Part shown: in pieces, positions 37,304 through 48,462 of the stretch
Position numbering within the stretch: position 1 is the first letter of the stretch
How the letters are laid out: each line of letters opens with the position of its first letter
Source: Candidatus Kapaibacterium sp.
Lineage (GTDB): Bacteria > Bacteroidota > Ignavibacteria > Kapaibacteriales > UBA4661
Assembly: GCA_025358765.1 (NCBI GenBank)
Contig: JANYIG010000165.1
Span: forward strand, 6,024-70,023
DNA: 64,000 nt
Direction: 5' to 3'
Position numbers and translations under genes: made by a program
The notes under the pieces: generated by a model
The model's database searches: none
Seen by the model: only the letters and a program-made list of their open reading frames with translations
Told to the model about the DNA's origin: nothing

Positions 37304-40132
37304 ATGAACATTAAATCAGAACTTACGACGCAATCGAGCAAATTTCAAACAACCAAATTTCAGGATGATGCCTCGTTTATCTTTGCGTGTTTCCGTGAGG
37401 TACTCTGCGAGGTCGGTGAAACGGCGCTTGCAGGTCTTTTGCCTTGGCAGGAAAGTGATAACGATGCCGATACATCACCAATTGCTCCCATTACTCATAC
37501 TGCGGGTGGAACGTTTGAAATTTCCGAACGCATGGCGCGGATGTATTCTATTGCCTTCCAATTGTTGAATATGATTGAAGAAAACATCACCGTACAGTAC
37601 CGCCGCCAACAGGAAAATCAACACGGACTTGCACAAGGTCGGGGCTTGTGGGGTAACGTCCTGAAGCGCTTAGTGGAAGACGGTTTCACCGAACAGGACA
37701 TAGCCGAGGCATTATCCAACGTCAGGATTGAACCCGTTTTGACGGCACACCCAACCGAAGCAAAACGCGCCACGGTGCTTCAACATTACCGCGAACTCTA
37801 TTTGCTGCTTGTGAAACGTGAAAACCAGATGTGGACACCTTTTGAGCGCGAGATGATCCGTGAGGATATCAACAGTACGCTTGAACGGATTTGGCGCACG
37901 GGTGAAATTTACCTCGAAAAGCCGGATGTGCGCTCGGAATTGCGAAATATGATTCATTATTTACAAAATATTTTTCCCGAAACGCTTCCCGTTGTGGATT
38001 CACGGCTCCGCGAAATCTGGCGTGGTATGGGTTTTTCAACTTCCACAATACCGCAAAACACGCCTGCAATATCGTTCGGGAACTGGGTGGGTGGTGACCG
38101 TGATGGGCATCCGTTTGTAACGGCAGAGGTGACGCGGCAGACGCTTCAGGATTTGCGATTAGCGGCGCTTGTGGTGCAACGCCGCCGATTGACCGACCTT
38201 GCCTCGAAACTTAGCGTCTCTGCACGGTTGCAACCCACGCCACCGGTATTGATGGAACGAATTGATGAATATATTGAGCTTTTGGGCGAGCGAGGGCAAA
38301 CCGCCGTCGAGCGGAACCCCGAAGAACCGTGGCGACAGTTGTTGAACCTGATGGTCACGCGGCTTCCGGTGGATGTGATGCGCGACCACGCTACGCAACT
38401 GAACGACCGCGAAGGCTCGTACCGCGATGCATGGGAACTCTACAAAGACCTTGAGATTCTGTCGCATTCTCTTGAAAACATCGGCGCGGGCAAACTCGTT
38501 GAACTTGAAGTACAAAAGGCTGTGCGGTCGGTGCAGAGCTTTGGGTTTCATTTGGCAGTGTTGGATGTGCGGCAAAACAGCGCTTTCCACGACAACGCTA
38601 TCGCACAACTGCTCGTGATGGCAGGGATGGACGGCGCAGATTTCCCTACGTGGTCGGAAGAACGGCGGTTACTGTTTCTGAACAAAGAACTCCTCTCGCC
38701 GCGCCCTTTTGCGCTTTCGGGCGCACGAATTGGCAAGGAGGCGGACGCAGTGTTAGATGCGTACGGGGTTTTGGCGGAACACTACAACCGCTACGGTGCT
38801 GCGGGGCTTGGTTCCTTGATTGTAAGCATGACGCGAAGTTTGTCGGATTTGCTCGTCGTGTATGTACTTGCCCGCGAAGCAGGACTTGCCTTCAACACGC
38901 CGGAAGGACTTGTGTGCAAGCTGCCCATCGTACCGCTTTTCGAGACGATTGACGACCTGCAAGGCAGTGCAGCAATTGTGCGCTCGTTTTTGGAGCATCC
39001 TATCACGCAGCGCAGCGTGGCGCACATCCAGAACGTACAGACATATTTACATCACCGTAAACTGCCGGAACAGCAAGTGATGGTGGGTTATAGCGATAGT
39101 AACAAAGATGGCGGCATTCTTGCCAGCCAGTGGAATCTCTACCGCGCACAACGCGCCGTTGCAGACGTTGGGCGCGAGAAGAAAACGGAAATCCGCTTTT
39201 TTCACGGGCGTGGCGGCACCGTCAGTCGTGGTGCGGGACCAACGCACTCGTTTATTGAGTCGCTTGCTCCCGGTTCGCTCACAGGCGATTTTCGTCAAAC
39301 GGAACAGGGCGAAACGATTGCTCAAAAATATGCCAACGTCCCAACAGCCGCTTACAACCTTGAAGTACAGCTTGCGGGCGTTACGGACGCGGTGATGCGG
39401 AATGCACGCGGCATGAAGCGCCCGCATCCGCTTGACGGTTTGTTTGGAGAGATTGCCGACCAAAGCCGCACCACATATGAGGCGTTAATTCAGACGGATG
39501 GATTTATGACGTTTTATGGACAGGCAACGCCGATAGACGCGCTCGAACAAAGCCGCATCGGTTCGCGTCCGTCGCGGCGCACAGGCAGCCGTAGCCTTGC
39601 GGATTTACGTGCCATCCCGTGGGTGTTCGCATGGAATCAAGCGCGGTATTTTCTGCCAAGCTGGTATGGCGTGGGTTCTACGCTCGAATCGTTTATGAAC
39701 GAGCGTCCAAGTGATTTTCAGGCGATTCAAGAAGCATTTCCCACGTGGTCGTTGTTGCACTACATCCTCACAAACGTGGAAACAAGCCTTGTGTCGGTCA
39801 ACACCGACGTGATGCGTGATTATGCAGGTCTGGTAGAGGATGAATCCATCCGAGAGCGCTTTTTTACCAAAATTCACGGCGAATATGAACGTACAACTCG
39901 CATGGTATCGCTGCTTTTTGGCGCATCATTCAGGGAACGCCGTCCACGCTTGAGTATTTCGCTGCATCTGCGCGACCGTACCTTGAGCGTGTTGCATCAT
40001 CAGCAAATGCTCTTGCTGAAACAATGGCGACGCGAACAGGCGGAAGACAATACCGATGGGGCGCAGCGCTCGTTGATGCAGCTTTTTATTACGATTAATG
40101 CGATTGCGAGCGGATTACGGAATACGGGGTGA
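37304..40132 (+). CDS. ppc: Phosphoenolpyruvate carboxylase
   Basis: VLTAHPTE, GGDRDG, VMVGYSDSNKDGG, FHGRGG, LRAIPWVF, LRNTG C-terminus. Confidence 0.96.
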   Translation: MNIKSELTTQSSKFQTTKFQDDASFIFACFREVLCEVGETALAGLLPWQESDNDADTSPIAPITHTAGGTFEISERMARMYSIAFQLLNMIEENITVQYRRQQENQHGLAQGRGLWGNVLKRLVEDGFTEQDIAEALSNVRIEPVLTAHPTEAKRATVLQHYRELYLLLVKRENQMWTPFEREMIREDINSTLERIWRTGEIYLEKPDVRSELRNMIHYLQNIFPETLPVVDSRLREIWRGMGFSTSTIPQNTPAISFGNWVGGDRDGHPFVTAEVTRQTLQDLRLAALVVQRRRLTDLASKLSVSARLQPTPPVLMERIDEYIELLGERGQTAVERNPEEPWRQLLNLMVTRLPVDVMRDHATQLNDREGSYRDAWELYKDLEILSHSLENIGAGKLVELEVQKAVRSVQSFGFHLAVLDVRQNSAFHDNAIAQLLVMAGMDGADFPTWSEERRLLFLNKELLSPRPFALSGARIGKEADAVLDAYGVLAEHYNRYGAAGLGSLIVSMTRSLSDLLVVYVLAREAGLAFNTPEGLVCKLPIVPLFETIDDLQGSAAIVRSFLEHPITQRSVAHIQNVQTYLHHRKLPEQQVMVGYSDSNKDGGILASQWNLYRAQRAVADVGREKKTEIRFFHGRGGTVSRGAGPTHSFIESLAPGSLTGDFRQTEQGETIAQKYANVPTAAYNLEVQLAGVTDAVMRNARGMKRPHPLDGLFGEIADQSRTTYEALIQTDGFMTFYGQATPIDALEQSRIGSRPSRRTGSRSLADLRAIPWVFAWNQARYFLPSWYGVGSTLESFMNERPSDFQAIQEAFPTWSLLHYILTNVETSLVSVNTDVMRDYAGLVEDESIRERFFTKIHGEYERTTRMVSLLFGASFRERRPRLSISLHLRDRTLSVLHHQQMLLLKQWRREQAEDNTDGAQRSLMQLFITINAIASGLRNTG

Positions 40133-40163
40133 TTGGGAAATTAAGAATTAAGAATTACAACTC

Positions 40164-41225
40164 ATGAGAGATTACATGAAATGCAAACTGTATCTGACGT
40201 TACTGGCATTCTGCTTTGCCACGCCGTTGCTCAACGCCCAAATCACCATCAAAGCTGTTGGCGACGTACTGCCCGGCTCGCTTACACCGCAGCGTTTTGT
40301 GCCCCCGGACTCCGGACGTGTATTCGTCCAGAATGTCAGTGAATACTTGCGTGGCGCGGATATTACGTTCGGCAATTTTGAGGGAAGATTTGTCCGCGAA
40401 GATGACAAAACAATGAAACCGCAAAAATGCTCCGAAGCCTCGCGCCGCAAAGGGATTTGTTTCGAGTTTGGTGTGCCGCCGCATCTGGCTCCAATGCTGC
40501 ACGGATTAGGATTCACGGTAATGAGCGTTGACAACAACCATGCCGACGATTACGGCACGGTAGCGGCAGAATACACCAAAACTACCTTGAAAGAACAAAA
40601 CATTCAACCCGCTCCAAAACAGGGGTTTGTGGCATTAACGGTCAAAGATAAAAGCGTGGCGATTGTTGCCTTTGGTTTCTCGAATTCGTCGTACAATGTT
40701 GCAGAGCCGGAAGCCGCAGCGGTCATCGTTGCAAAGTTGAGACAGCAATACAACCGTGTGATTGTGTCGTTTCACGGCGGCGCGGAAGGCAGGGGCGCAC
40801 AGCATGTTTTTGATAAAACAGAGATGTTTTACGGCGAGAATCGCGGGAACCTCGTGAAGTTTGCCCATGCGTGTGTGGATGCGGGTGCGGACATGATCAT
40901 CGGTCACGGACCGCATGTTCTCAGGGCGATGGAGGTGTACAAAGGCAAGCTCATTGCTTATTCGTTGGGAAATTTTCTCACCTACGGAAACATTAACGTC
41001 AAAGGTGTGAGCGGCGTAACGTGCGTGTTAGAAGCCAGCATGGACGAGGCTTCGGGGAATTTTATTGGAGGGCGCATCATTCCTGTTGTGCAGCGTGAAC
41101 CGGGTATTCCTGAGTTTGACCGCGAAAAACAAGCCATAGCGTTGTTGCAAGCACTTTCGCAAGCCGATTTCCCGCAAACAGGCGTTCTTATTGATGCAGA
41201 GGGGAATTTTATCGTGAAGAAATAA
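40164..41225 (+). CDS. CapA-family metallophosphatase-fold protein
   Basis: AVGD, GNFEG, NNHADDYG, SFHGG, IGHGPHV, YSLGNF, plus a signal peptide. Confidence 0.88.
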   Translation: MRDYMKCKLYLTLLAFCFATPLLNAQITIKAVGDVLPGSLTPQRFVPPDSGRVFVQNVSEYLRGADITFGNFEGRFVREDDKTMKPQKCSEASRRKGICFEFGVPPHLAPMLHGLGFTVMSVDNNHADDYGTVAAEYTKTTLKEQNIQPAPKQGFVALTVKDKSVAIVAFGFSNSSYNVAEPEAAAVIVAKLRQQYNRVIVSFHGGAEGRGAQHVFDKTEMFYGENRGNLVKFAHACVDAGADMIIGHGPHVLRAMEVYKGKLIAYSLGNFLTYGNINVKGVSGVTCVLEASMDEASGNFIGGRIIPVVQREPGIPEFDREKQAIALLQALSQADFPQTGVLIDAEGNFIVKK

Positions 41226-41354
41226 TATGCAGTTCAGGCTCTTTCTCATGGCGCGTCAATAGTATTGCGCCAAAGCCGTGAATACTGTATTTTAGAGAGT
41301 TATACGACGCAATTCTGTGTTGATGATTTCCTGATTTATTAGATTTCATGCTCT

Positions 41355-44300
41355 ATGCAGCCAATTTTTCTCCCGAACGATTACAACACCATCCTTGTTG
41401 ACAATTTTTTCCGCAACGTACCCGAACTTGAACGTAAACGCAGCCTGATAGCACAGTGGCAGGAGAACCTTCGCACGGGTTTCGTGGGTGACCACAAAGA
41501 GGAATCGCTACAATCGCTTTTCCTGACAACTATCTTTGCAGAAGTGCTTGGCTACTCGTATCAAGGTGATGTATGGAATTTGGAAATCGAACAAAGAACC
41601 ACGCACGATACCACCAAAAGCGACGGCGCATTAGGATTTTTCCGTGTTGGTGCAGAGCCAGACGTGCGTGCCGTGATTGAACTCAAAGCACATGGCATCA
41701 ATCTTGACAAACCTCAAAGCCAGCGCAGCGACACCCATACACCCGTCGAACAAGCATTTGACTATGCTCGCAAAATGGGTGCGCGGTGCGAGTGGGTAAT
41801 TGTGTCGGACTTTGAGGAATTGCGGCTTTATCGCTATCCCGATGCGCGGCGCTACGAAGAGTTTTTGATACCGAACCTCCTAAACCCCGCAACCGATGAC
41901 GATACAGGGATTGAAGCCTTCCAACTCAAGCGATTTTTCTATTTGCTCGCCAAAGACCGCCTTTTTTACGAGCGTGAAAAAGACTATGACCAAGCGCCCG
42001 TCAGGGTGCTTTACACGGGCAGAATCAACAGTTTGAAGACCATTACCGCAAAATTCTACGATGGTTACCGAACCCAGCGCGAACAGCTTTTCTTCACGCT
42101 GCGCCGCATGAATCCTACAACTGACTTTGATGAAGTTTTACAAGCCGCACAAAAACTTATTGACCGACTACTGTTTATGCGATTCGCCAGTGATGTCGGG
42201 CTAACCCTTAACGTGCTGGACGTTTCACGGAAATATTTAACAGCGCTCGCCGAACCCGTGCCGCTTCATGAACTGAATTTGGGCTGGCAATATGTCCGTT
42301 TGCTGTTCCGTTCGTTCGACAAAGGCTATAACAACAAGATTCCACCCTTCAACGGCGGTTTGTTTGCGCCCGACGAGCGTTTGGAGCAACTTCGTGTTCC
42401 CGACGAAGCGATAGAGACATTAGAGCGATTTTTGCTGAGTTACAACTTCAAGCATGACCTCAAAGTAGATATTTTAGGGCATATTTTTGAGCAATCTATC
42501 ACGGACTTAGAGCGCCTACGTCGCCTTAAACCAAGCTCTGCCGAAGCCGTGGACGCAAAGCGTACCGAAGAAACCTCTCAAGAGATTTCTAAAGAACACT
42601 CCACTTCTAAACGCAAACAAGAGGGCGTGTTCTACACACCCGAAGCCGTTACCGAATACATCATTCGCCAAAGCGTTGGCGCATGGCTCGCCGACTGCAA
42701 AAGCGAGATTCTGAACGTACTCGGCGTGGATGATATTTCTCAACCAGAGGATGATTTTTTGCGGTGGAAAGCCGACAACGCAGCAATCATGCCGGATTTG
42801 ACGTTTGCGCGAACAATCGAACTCCACCTTGCCTTCTGGGAGCGCTACCAGAGCGCTTTGGAGAGCATAAAAATTCTCGACCCCGCTTGCGGCTCCGGTG
42901 CGTTCTTGACGCGGGTGTTTGATTTTCTTTGGGACGAGTGGCGGGTGTTGCGAGCAGAAACAATCGCACTGCGTTCGTTGCTTGTGGAAGAACAGGCAAA
43001 AACACAGACTACACTTCTGCCGCTCCGCTCTGGCAATGACGGAATGTTAGCGCCAAAGTCTCGCAAAAAAGCCGTTCCCAAAGCAGCGACGAGTAATGAA
43101 ATTACAATGAGCATAGACGAGCATACAAACGAACGTGAAGAAATTCGCCTGAAAAAACGCATTATCACGGAAAACCTCTTTGGCGTTGACCTCAATATCG
43201 AATCGGTGGAAATCACGCAGCTTTCACTCTGGCTCAAAACTGCACATAAACAAGAATCGCTTGCAAACCTCTCCCACGCCATCAAGCGTGGCAATTCGCT
43301 CATCAGCAAACGCAGCGTTGCGGGTGATACGGCATTCAAATGGGATAGCGAATTTCCTGACGTGGCGATGGCGGGCGGCTTTGATGTGGTGGTTGGCAAT
43401 CCGCCGTACGTTAGCGCAAACAACATGGATTACCGCGAACGCGAGTATTTGAACAAGGAGAAGGATTTTACGACGCTCGCCGGAAAGTGGGATTTGTACG
43501 TTGCGTTCATCGAAAAAGGCTTGCGCCTACTGAAACCAAACGGCTATCTGTCGTTCATCGTTCCTTACGGGCTGCTTAATCAACCATTTGCAGAGCAGGC
43601 GCGGGCATTCATCCTCGACCATTATATGCTTTGCTCCATTGCAGATTTACACACCGTGCGTATCTTCGAGCAAGCCACTGTGCCGTGTTGCATTCCCGTC
43701 ATCAAACACGTGCAAAGCAGTAACCACGAGGTTTCTATCGTTATGTTGGAGGGTGACGAGTTCGTGGAGCAATATCGTTTGCCCGTGTCCACATATCAAA
43801 CAACAGCGTTGCGAATGTTTCGCACGGAAAATCTTGCGCTCACTACGGGCTTATTGGAACGCATCAAAAAACGCGGAACCTCGCTTGGCAACTTGTTTTA
43901 CGTCTCGACTGGTGCGGAGATTCATGGAAAAGAACATCGCTCCGAGCGCGGCAAACTTACAAGCGGTGCAAGCAAGTTTGATCGTCTGTACGACACACAA
44001 CGCGAGGGTTTGAAGCCTTATATCGAGGGCGCTGCCATTCCAAAATCGCCACTTGGACGCTACTGTTATCCCAGTATCAACTCCTGGCTTGATTACTCTA
44101 ACCCAGATGCCATGCGCTCCCCAAAGTTCTCCGAGCTGTTTGATAGCGAAAAAATTATTGTGCGGCGTAGCTCCGGCTTATTGGGGATTTTGGCAACATA
44201 TGATGAGAGAAAGGTCTATACATCCGAAAAATGTCTGCTTATCGTGAGCAAAACCGATGTGCCGCATGACCATGAACAGCACACGGAATCAAGCCCATAC

Positions 44301-44591
44301 TCGCTGAAATACCTTCTGGCTGTGCTAAACAGTCGTGTGATGGATTTTTACTACAAATCAGTGTATAGTGGTTTTATTGATGTGTATCCAAATTACTTGA
44401 AAGCCCTGCCCATTCCAGCTATCTCGCCCACCGAGCAAGAACCGTTTGTGCGACTTGTAAATGAAGTATTGGAATGCCGCAAGGCGGGTGAAGAGACGTT
44501 TGCACAGGAGCAAGCCATAGAGCGGCTTGTGGAGGCGTTGTTTGGGGTGACGGATGCGGACAGTGCGCTCATACAAGCTAATGCTCTATAA
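41355..44591 (+). CDS. Type IIG (Eco57I-like) restriction-modification fusion: endonuclease + N6-adenine methyltransferase + TRD
   Basis: N-terminal PD-(D/E)xK-like SDGALG...VIELK, GVFYTP, motif I ILDPACGSGAFL, motif IV GNPPY, and TaqI-C-like YLLAVLNS...LPIP. Confidence 0.88.
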   Translation: MQPIFLPNDYNTILVDNFFRNVPELERKRSLIAQWQENLRTGFVGDHKEESLQSLFLTTIFAEVLGYSYQGDVWNLEIEQRTTHDTTKSDGALGFFRVGAEPDVRAVIELKAHGINLDKPQSQRSDTHTPVEQAFDYARKMGARCEWVIVSDFEELRLYRYPDARRYEEFLIPNLLNPATDDDTGIEAFQLKRFFYLLAKDRLFYEREKDYDQAPVRVLYTGRINSLKTITAKFYDGYRTQREQLFFTLRRMNPTTDFDEVLQAAQKLIDRLLFMRFASDVGLTLNVLDVSRKYLTALAEPVPLHELNLGWQYVRLLFRSFDKGYNNKIPPFNGGLFAPDERLEQLRVPDEAIETLERFLLSYNFKHDLKVDILGHIFEQSITDLERLRRLKPSSAEAVDAKRTEETSQEISKEHSTSKRKQEGVFYTPEAVTEYIIRQSVGAWLADCKSEILNVLGVDDISQPEDDFLRWKADNAAIMPDLTFARTIELHLAFWERYQSALESIKILDPACGSGAFLTRVFDFLWDEWRVLRAETIALRSLLVEEQAKTQTTLLPLRSGNDGMLAPKSRKKAVPKAATSNEITMSIDEHTNEREEIRLKKRIITENLFGVDLNIESVEITQLSLWLKTAHKQESLANLSHAIKRGNSLISKRSVAGDTAFKWDSEFPDVAMAGGFDVVVGNPPYVSANNMDYREREYLNKEKDFTTLAGKWDLYVAFIEKGLRLLKPNGYLSFIVPYGLLNQPFAEQARAFILDHYMLCSIADLHTVRIFEQATVPCCIPVIKHVQSSNHEVSIVMLEGDEFVEQYRLPVSTYQTTALRMFRTENLALTTGLLERIKKRGTSLGNLFYVSTGAEIHGKEHRSERGKLTSGASKFDRLYDTQREGLKPYIEGAAIPKSPLGRYCYPSINSWLDYSNPDAMRSPKFSELFDSEKIIVRRSSGLLGILATYDERKVYTSEKCLLIVSKTDVPHDHEQHTESSPYSLKYLLAVLNSRVMDFYYKSVYSGFIDVYPNYLKALPIPAISPTEQEPFVRLVNEVLECRKAGEETFAQEQAIERLVEALFGVTDADSALIQANAL

Positions 44592-44653
44592 TGCTCTCTA
44601 TAGGATAGTGTTCAGTCATGATGAATAAATTGTCAACACCAATGCCGTGCGTT

Positions 44654-44675
44654 AGGCAGCGCATGCTGCCTTGTT
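44654..44675. repeat. REP-like hairpin related to 6492-6515
   Basis: AGGCAGC-GCAT-GCTGCCT-TGTT shares GCATGCTGCCTTGTT with the first copy. Confidence 0.55.
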
Positions 44676-44714
44676 ACAAAGATAGAATAGCGGCTTCATT
44701 TCAGAATAGTATTC

Positions 44715-46100
44715 TTAATCCATAATCCTCCGCAGAAACGCGGGTTTGGTAGCTTGCTCTTGCTGGGTGAGTTGCCCATCCTCATCGGTAGGGAATTCGT
44801 CCGCGTCAATTTTATTGATTTTAATGCTGTTCACACCCAAACGTCGTTTGAATGCGGGTTCATCATATTTTTGCAATTCCTGAACACCGCTTGGGCTGCT
44901 CACGGGAATATTCCGCGTAACAGTCATTGTGCCAGTAGTAACAGTTGTTGCTGGAACAGTGCGTGAAGGCATTTGTATTGTAGTATTACCATTGCCGTTC
45001 GCTGCGGCAGAGCCTTGACGCTGTTCCGAATGCTCTGTCCCGCTGCCATTGCTGTGTACGACGTGTGCAAGACTATTGGAAGCGCCATTAGAACCACTTA
45101 CCTCGCCATTGACAGCAATTGTTTGGTGTTGCTCGCTCGCTACCGTTTTGCCAAACCCTGTTGCCACGACTGTTACCATGACCGAATCACCCATTGCTTC
45201 ATCAAAGACGATACCGTGAATCAAGTTTACATCGGCTCCCGCAGCCTCTTTAACTGTTGCAACAGCTTCGCCCATCTCGAACATCGTCATATCGGAACTT
45301 CCGGTAATATTCACTAATACGCCTTGAGCACCGTGAATAGAAACGTCATCCAAAAGCGGCGAAGCAATAGCGTTTTGAGCGGCTTCCACGGCGCGGTTCT
45401 CACCTTTGCCAAAGCCTGTTCCCATCAGCGCATCACCGGTATTTTTCATAATTGTCCGAACATCAGCAAAATCGAGGTTGACATACCCCGTGCCGGAGAT
45501 AATATCCGAAATGCCGCGTGTGGCATTGTGCAAAACTTCATCCACGCGCTGGAAGGCATCGCGGATAGATGTATGCTTGTCAATAACGGACATCACACGT
45601 TGGTTGGGGATAACGATAAGCGCATCCACATGTTTACGGAGTTCCTCAATGCCCCGTTCAGCAACGGCTCCACGTTTGCCTGCTTCCCATTTGAAGGGTT
45701 TTGTGACAATTGCTACGACGAGAGCACCGAGGTCTCGTGCAATCTTTGCCACATACGGTGCCGCACCCGTACCCGTGCCGCCACCCATACCAGCCGTTAC
45801 AAAAACCATATCGCAACCCATCAGGATTTGCTTGATTTCCTCAGCGCTTTCTTCGACGGCTTTATGACCGAGCGCAGGATCAGCACCTGCCCCCAAACCA
45901 CGTGTGGAGCCTTTGCCCAGTTGGACTTTGATGGGAGCGAGATTTTGTTGCAACGCTTGAATATCCGTATTCGCCGCGACAAATTCCACGCCAGCCAGTC
46001 CCTTGCTAATCATGCTGTTGATGGCATTGCCGCCGCCGCCGCCAACGCCGACCACGCAAATTCGAGCGCCGTGCGAGAGTGTTGATTCAAGCTCTATCAC
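44715..46100 (-). CDS. ftsZ: Cell division protein FtsZ
   Basis: GVGGGGGNA, GMGGGTGTG, NLDFADV, C-terminal PAFLRR. Confidence 0.98.
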   Translation of the reverse strand: MIELESTLSHGARICVVGVGGGGGNAINSMISKGLAGVEFVAANTDIQALQQNLAPIKVQLGKGSTRGLGAGADPALGHKAVEESAEEIKQILMGCDMVFVTAGMGGGTGTGAAPYVAKIARDLGALVVAIVTKPFKWEAGKRGAVAERGIEELRKHVDALIVIPNQRVMSVIDKHTSIRDAFQRVDEVLHNATRGISDIISGTGYVNLDFADVRTIMKNTGDALMGTGFGKGENRAVEAAQNAIASPLLDDVSIHGAQGVLVNITGSSDMTMFEMGEAVATVKEAAGADVNLIHGIVFDEAMGDSVMVTVVATGFGKTVASEQHQTIAVNGEVSGSNGASNSLAHVVHSNGSGTEHSEQRQGSAAANGNGNTTIQMPSRTVPATTVTTGTMTVTRNIPVSSPSGVQELQKYDEPAFKRRLGVNSIKINKIDADEFPTDEDGQLTQQEQATKPAFLRRIMD

Positions 46101-46212
46101 TGTTGTATCCCTTCAAAAAAGTTAGTACACGTGTTTCATACTTACTGTTTGGCGTTGATAGCATAACAACATTTTCTCCCCAGATTTTGTCGTTGGCTAC
46201 CCGTCGTTCACG

Positions 46213-47583
46213 TTATAATTCTTGGAAAAATGATTTCATGCGTTCCAATACATTGACTTTGGACGCATCATGACCATCAGTTTCGTGTATGCCATTTTCA
46301 TACGCTATTTCTGGTATTCCTGATTCCATCGGTTGTACAGCTGCATCAATCGTCACATACTGCCGATGTCGCATAGCGTAGCGAATTAATCCCACACCTG
46401 TTGCATATTGCGGGTTTTCGACCTCAGGAGCAAGCCCTGTGCGTCCGACACCACCCGGAATACCGATTTTCACCGGCAGACCAAAAATTTCGCCAGCAAG
46501 GTCTTCCGCACCACGCAGCAGCGAACCACCACCGGTCAATACAACACCAGCAGACAAGCGGTTTGCGTAACCAGAGCGACGGATTTCAGCAAGAGCAAAT
46601 TCTAATAATTCTTCCATGCGTGGCTGAATAATCTCGCAAAGTAGGCTTTTTCTTATTTCCATCGGCTTACGACCACCCACACCCGGGATCATAAATTCTT
46701 CATCTTGCATGATGGAAGAGTAATATGTATGCCCAAATTCACGTTTCACGCGCTCTGCCTGTGTGGCAACGATGCCAAGACCTTGACGAACATCATCTGT
46801 TACTTGTTTGCCTGCAATGCCGAATACTGCGGTATGCCGAATAATGCCGCCTTCAAAAATTGCAATATCGGTTGTGCCGCCGCCAATATCAATCAGCGCC
46901 ACACCGACTTCCTTTTCTTCATCATCCAAAACGGCATAACTGCTTGCAAGCGGCTCCAATACAAGGTCACGTGCACGCATCCCGACGCGCTCTACGCACC
47001 GATAGATATTCTGCGCTGCCGTCACAAGCCCTGTCACAACGTGTACGCGAGCCTCCATCCGAATGCCGCTCATCCCAACTGGCTCTTGGATACCGTCTTG
47101 CCCGTCAATAATGTAATCTTGCGGAATAACGTGAAGAATCTTGCGATCGGCTGGGAGCGGGAGCTTACGGGTTTCTTCAAGCAAACGGTCAACATCATCT
47201 TGGGTAATTTCGCGGTTTGGGTTGGGAATCGAAATAATGCCCGTTGTTTGGAAGGATTGGATATGGTCGCCTGCGATCCCCACAACGACTTCCTCAATGG
47301 CAATGCCAGATTGCTGCTGCGCCTGTTCGATTGCTTGTTGAATAGCATCAACCGTTTCATTGATGTTTACCACAACGCCACGATTTAAGCCCTTGCTTGG
47401 AGCTTTGCCAATGCCTAATATGGTCAATGAGTTATTGGTATGAACCTGAGCAACAATCGCACACACTTTTGTTGTGCCAATGTCCAAGCCCACAACAATA
47501 TTGCGCGAACCGCCCGTGTAGGCGCTCGATTCCTCGTGGAGAGGTGTCTCAGGTATATCATGTTGTCTGCGTACTCGGCTCAT
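46213..47583 (-). CDS. ftsA: Cell division protein FtsA
   Basis: GLDIGTTKV, DIGGGTTD, VLTGGGS, and an amphipathic C-terminal helix. Confidence 0.97.
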   Translation of the reverse strand: MSRVRRQHDIPETPLHEESSAYTGGSRNIVVGLDIGTTKVCAIVAQVHTNNSLTILGIGKAPSKGLNRGVVVNINETVDAIQQAIEQAQQQSGIAIEEVVVGIAGDHIQSFQTTGIISIPNPNREITQDDVDRLLEETRKLPLPADRKILHVIPQDYIIDGQDGIQEPVGMSGIRMEARVHVVTGLVTAAQNIYRCVERVGMRARDLVLEPLASSYAVLDDEEKEVGVALIDIGGGTTDIAIFEGGIIRHTAVFGIAGKQVTDDVRQGLGIVATQAERVKREFGHTYYSSIMQDEEFMIPGVGGRKPMEIRKSLLCEIIQPRMEELLEFALAEIRRSGYANRLSAGVVLTGGGSLLRGAEDLAGEIFGLPVKIGIPGGVGRTGLAPEVENPQYATGVGLIRYAMRHRQYVTIDAAVQPMESGIPEIAYENGIHETDGHDASKVNVLERMKSFFQEL

Positions 47584-47661
47584 AACCACACTTATGTAAA
47601 ATTGACGAACGACGGCTCCAGAAGAAAGTTTACGAATTTGATAGTATTCAACACTATTTAT

Positions 47662-48462
47662 CTATAATGGAAAAACAACCACTTGACCAGACCACCGCAC
47701 ATCAATATAAGAGAATGCTCGTTTGTTAATACTCGATACTTTTTGCTTCCAAAAGGCGCTAAGACGGGCGATTTTCGCCTGCGCGTCGTCTGCCTTACCA
47801 AAGAGAATTGGTGTGGCTTGCGCGATTGTCACAAGCACGTATTCACCGTTTGGCATCACCTGAACCTCAGAGATATTTCTGGAAAGTTCTTTGTCATTTT
47901 CGTTCAATGTTTGCAGAATCGCCAAGGCTCCACGCAAGGTTGTACTATCTAAAACACTCCGCTGGATGTAGGTTATCATCGGAATATCTAATACGCTACC
48001 CACAAGACGGTATGGCAACAACGCCCCTTCGGTATCAACATAATATTGCTTATTTCGGTACAGAGCGTAAGCAATCGGTTTTCGTTCCTGAACTTGCAGC
48101 ATAATGGCATCGCCACTGCCTCGAAATGCGGATACTGTCCTGACAAACGGATGCTTTTGCACACGGCGTTCAATTTCGCCAAACGGAGCATCACGCACGG
48201 TCATCGAATCCACAGGAATATTCACCATCTCCAGAATTTCGTGCGATGGAATCAATGACGTACCAGAAACGACAATACGACTGATCCTCCGAGTGCTTTG
48301 CCAGCGCATTGCCGCAATAGTCAACAATAGCCCTATAATCACCACTACGGCTAAAAATCGTAGCGACAATGTTCTGCTCCGTATCGGTATAGGCTTTGCA
48401 GAACTCACAGATAAATTGTAGTAAACAGCGTTTATGAAAAACCAATGATGCCGTCTGCTCAC
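47662..48462 (-). CDS. ftsQ: Cell division protein FtsQ/DivIB (start uncertain)
   Basis: TM helix, POTRA domain, ERKP, and C-terminal YIDVRWSGQVV; directly upstream of ftsA. Confidence 0.88.
   Translation of the reverse strand: MSRRHHWFFINAVYYNLSVSSAKPIPIRSRTLSLRFLAVVVIIGLLLTIAAMRWQSTRRISRIVVSGTSLIPSHEILEMVNIPVDSMTVRDAPFGEIERRVQKHPFVRTVSAFRGSGDAIMLQVQERKPIAYALYRNKQYYVDTEGALLPYRLVGSVLDIPMITYIQRSVLDSTTLRGALAILQTLNENDKELSRNISEVQVMPNGEYVLVTIAQATPILFGKADDAQAKIARLSAFWKQKVSSINKRAFSYIDVRWSGQVVVFPL

Noticed and set aside
36022..40132. Divergent alpha-hydroxy acid oxidase and ppc as a photorespiration or carbon-fixation module
   Set aside because: Both are common heterotroph enzymes and no supporting pathway genes are in the window.
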